Part shown: positions 61,073 through 64,000 of the stretch, in pieces
How the letters are laid out: each line of letters starts with the position of its first letter
Numbering within the stretch: position 1 is the stretch's first letter
Notes under the pieces: generated by a model
What the model saw: only the letters and a program-made list of their open reading frames with translations
Databases searched by the model: none
What the model was told of the DNA's origin: nothing
From: Octopus sinensis
Lineage: Eukaryota
Reading direction: 5' to 3'
Assembly (NCBI RefSeq): GCF_006345805.1
Contig: NC_043006.1
Coordinates: forward strand, 80,848,001 to 80,912,000
Length of the DNA: 64,000 nucleotides
Position numbers and translations under genes: made by a program

Positions 61073-62236
61073 TTCTATAAGCAAGTAAGCAAGTAAACAT
61101 TACTTTCTATAACTAATGAAGGTCGTAACCAAAATGTGTTTGTTAGCTCTTTGTTAAAAGGTACTGATATATATATATATATATATATAAAAAATTGTTC
61201 CTTGAATTAAATGAACGGTACTTGTTTATAAAACTGTTATATTATTTCAGTATTGCATCCTGCCGTTTCGTACTTTTCTCCTGTTTTCAACTTATAGGAC
61301 TTCTCCTTTCCTATATTTTACCTTCTGCTTCATTTTCTTTTCTCTCATACATTTCTCATACATTTCTCTCATACTTTTGAGCTACATCTTATATTACTGT
61401 AGCACTTTTCTAGTTAACTCTCCAAGTCGGCTCGCTCTTTGTTTCTCTGTTTCATTTTATAATCCTCCAGCAGCCCGTTCTCTTTCATCCTGTCATTTTT
61501 CTTGACCTTCATTAGCATTCCTTGTTGTCTTCGTAGGCTGATTTCTTCTATTCTTTTCTTTTTCAGTTGCATCTGTCACTCACCTTACTGGTCTGTGTCT
61601 TGCATATAATATAACCCGCTCCCCTCCTCTCTCTCTCTCTCTCTCTCTTTCTCTCATTGTTCTTCAACAGAAGTTAATAATCTTCATACGTTTCCTCTTC
61701 TTGCCGACGTCTCGTCTGGGATTTTGCACATGTCTCTTGAGATCATCTAAAACGATCAGTGATCGTCGTCAGCTCGATTACTGCCGTTGCATATGGAATC
61801 TTATTTCATGTATAGAGTCACATTACATCTAATATTTCTGCACGTCTCCTATCCGATTCCCCGAGGTCTCTACCCCTTTGTTTCATGGCTGAGAAAATGG
61901 TAATATATTTTATACTTGTTTTATAACTACGTTTTATGCATTAGCTCTTTTACATCGGGTTATCGTTTTACAACTTACGTTTTTTTATCTTTTATTCATT
62001 GTTTTCTTTATGAGATTATACGCCATCAAAAATGATGACAATATTTCTAAAATTCTGCAGCCGCATCATACTTCATATCGCAAATATATAAATTGTCCTA
62101 TGCTACCAAAATTTACTTTAGTATGATTCATTATTTCTATAAGCAAGTAAGCAAGTAAACATTACTTTCTATAACTAATGAAGGTTGTAACCAAAATGTG
62201 TTTGTTAGCTCTTTGTTAAAAGGTACTGATATATAT
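61073..62236. repeat. Near-identical ~100-bp direct repeats (61073-61170 and 62135-62236) bracketing ~960 bp
   Basis: ATTTCTATAAGCAAGTAAGCAAGTAAACATTAC...GGTACTGATATATATA occurs twice, with one mismatch seen (GGTCGT/GGTTGT). Confidence 0.9.
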
Positions 62237-62524
62237 ATAACTAATGTAGGATAAAATTTTTTTCGGGAAAAAATTTTATCAATGGCCAGCATATAAAAAA
62301 ATACCTTTAAAGGTTAAATTTATGAATAATTTACAAGATAAATATCTTGTATATATATATATACAATTGTTTGCCTCTCTATGAGATCAGCGACTGTGTG
62401 TCATTTCAAAAGTATATACCTTCAGCAAGGACAAGTGGTGGCATCTCTGGCCAACGGTTCTCCTAAGCCGATAAAGAGAAAAATACCCCAGAAACCATAG
62501 TCCGTTTAAAGCTGACTGGGGACA

Positions 62525-62671
62525 TTAGCTCCCTTGTTCGAGGTATAAGAACACAATTGTGCGTCGGTAGCCAGTTGGAAAAGATGTTTTCCTGACGCTA
62601 AAAGAGATAGTAACATCGTTCTAATCAGAACTGCCACTTTACGTTAGAAAATAGATTTTACTCTCTCTCTT

Positions 62672-62703
<32 letters not shown>

Positions 62704-63014
62704 CGGGAAGAATTCACGAAAAAAAACAAAAGAAGAAAACCGGTTGTGTAGAAAACACAGATGTATTAGTGTAACGCTCGGGAATTGAAAAAGTCTTTAA
62801 CGTTTCGAGCCTACGCTCTTCCACAGAAAGGAACACAGAAAGAAACAAGGAGAGAAACAAAGAGAGAAAAATGTGTAGTGGCTACCGATCTATCATGGCA
62901 AATCCACACACACACATCTGTGTGTATAAAGCTAGTTTGTACGTACAACAAAGTAGAATATATTATAACAGTGCACCTTAGTTGTCCATCAATTCCTGCT
63001 TGGTCCTCAAGTAA

Positions 63015-63056
<42 letters not shown>

Positions 63057-63175
63057 CTGCGTGAGGTAATTAAATCCCTTGTTCGAGGTATAAGGACACA
63101 GTTGTGCATCAGTAGCTAGCTGCAAAAGATGTTTTTCCTCGAGCTAAAGAGGTAGTAATATCCATTATCCTAATC
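62525..63175 (+). repeat. Two related ~110-bp repeats (62525-62640 and 63070-63175)
   Basis: Both contain TCCCTTGTTCGAGGTATAAG.ACACA.TTGTGC.TC.GTAGC.AG.TG.AAAAGATGTTTT. Confidence 0.7.
62704..62900 (-). ncRNA. Short repeat with variant-core minimal hammerhead-like motif (family 2)
   Basis: Sense CTTT-CTGTGGA-A-GAGC-GTAG-GCTC-GAAAC-GT-T-AAAG (62795-62830). Stems I and II pair perfectly; it abuts (TA)n. Confidence 0.6.
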
Positions 63176-63489
63176 AAGACAGCCATATATACTTATATCC
63201 TACATAACTATTAACGTAGAAACACAGCACATAGAGTCATATACATAAGTATATAAAAATATATCTCATCATATAACTAAAGTTTGCTTCTTTTGATAAA
63301 AAATAAATTAACTATATCTATACATTAATAAGATAATATCTTTCCAACTAATTACCAACTTAACTTATCGGTCCAGCCTCCAAATTATGAAGCAAAATTG
63401 AAGACAAAGTTTACATCGTAAAACGACTGATAAACTATGGAAGACACACACGCATACAATATATATATATATTATATATATATATATAT

Positions 63490-63525
<36 letters not shown>

Positions 63526-64000
63526 ACTACACGATGAATTTCGATTGTGTTCTTCCGGACCAAATTTCTTGGCATGCATTAACCAACTCAAGAATATATT
63601 AGAAGACACTTTTGTCATGTGTTACGTTCTGGGATGAAACAAAGAACCATATGGTTATGAAGCGAACATTTTAGCTATGAAATTTGTCAGCACTTTTATT
63701 ACTGATATGCTTTGTTTTAGAATCCTCTATTCTGTGAGGCAGTTATATTTGCTCAATGTTACTGTGGGTTCAATTCAAACACTATTAACTCTATCTGATG
63801 TGAAACTAAGTATGTCATGCAACACATTCAGAATTGTTAAAGATTTGCCAACGGAGTCAAGCTGTTGCAGAATAATATTATAGATAGACTAGCTTAAGGT
63901 GACCCGCTCTACGCGTGGATGAGGGTGTGGTTGTTACTTTCTGTTTCTTATCGCAACATTCTCCCTCTTAGTTTCTCTCTTCTTTCTTTCTAATTTTCCC

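Noticed and set aside
63886-63925. ACTAGC..ACCCGCTCTACGCGTGG resembling a Helitron/Helentron-type terminus
   Set aside because: Short motif at the window edge; the other end cannot be seen.

Overview
AT-rich, microsatellite-dense eukaryotic DNA with no intact host protein-coding gene that I can identify. The SINE families and the dense (TA)n/(TCTA)n/(CATA)n/(AAT)n arrays point to an octopod (Octopus-like) genome; this is inferred from recognising the repeats. The window is mostly retroelements and DNA transposons. It holds at least nine pieces of RLE-type R4/Dong-clade LINEs, two of them apparently full-length (32.5-36.7 kb and 43.4-47.4 kb). It also holds RTE and CR1-like LINE fragments, a gag-like ORF1 remnant, a Penelope-like GIY-YIG fragment, three or four Tc1/mariner relics, two MITEs and several tRNA-derived SINE families. 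The most striking structure is a ~16 kb block (32.2-48.6 kb) built by serial insertion into (AAT)n arrays. It contains Dong LINEs, a ~555-nt non-coding passenger element, an ~70-nt tRNA-only element, and SINEs whose (ATT)n tails appear to supply the landing pads. Short microsatellite-embedded repeats carry minimal hammerhead-ribozyme folds, including a family with a variant core. Most ORFs in the supplied track are microsatellite artefacts. Indels in the microsatellites suggest long-read assembly noise, so single frameshifts may not be real. All coordinates were read by eye and element ends are approximate.
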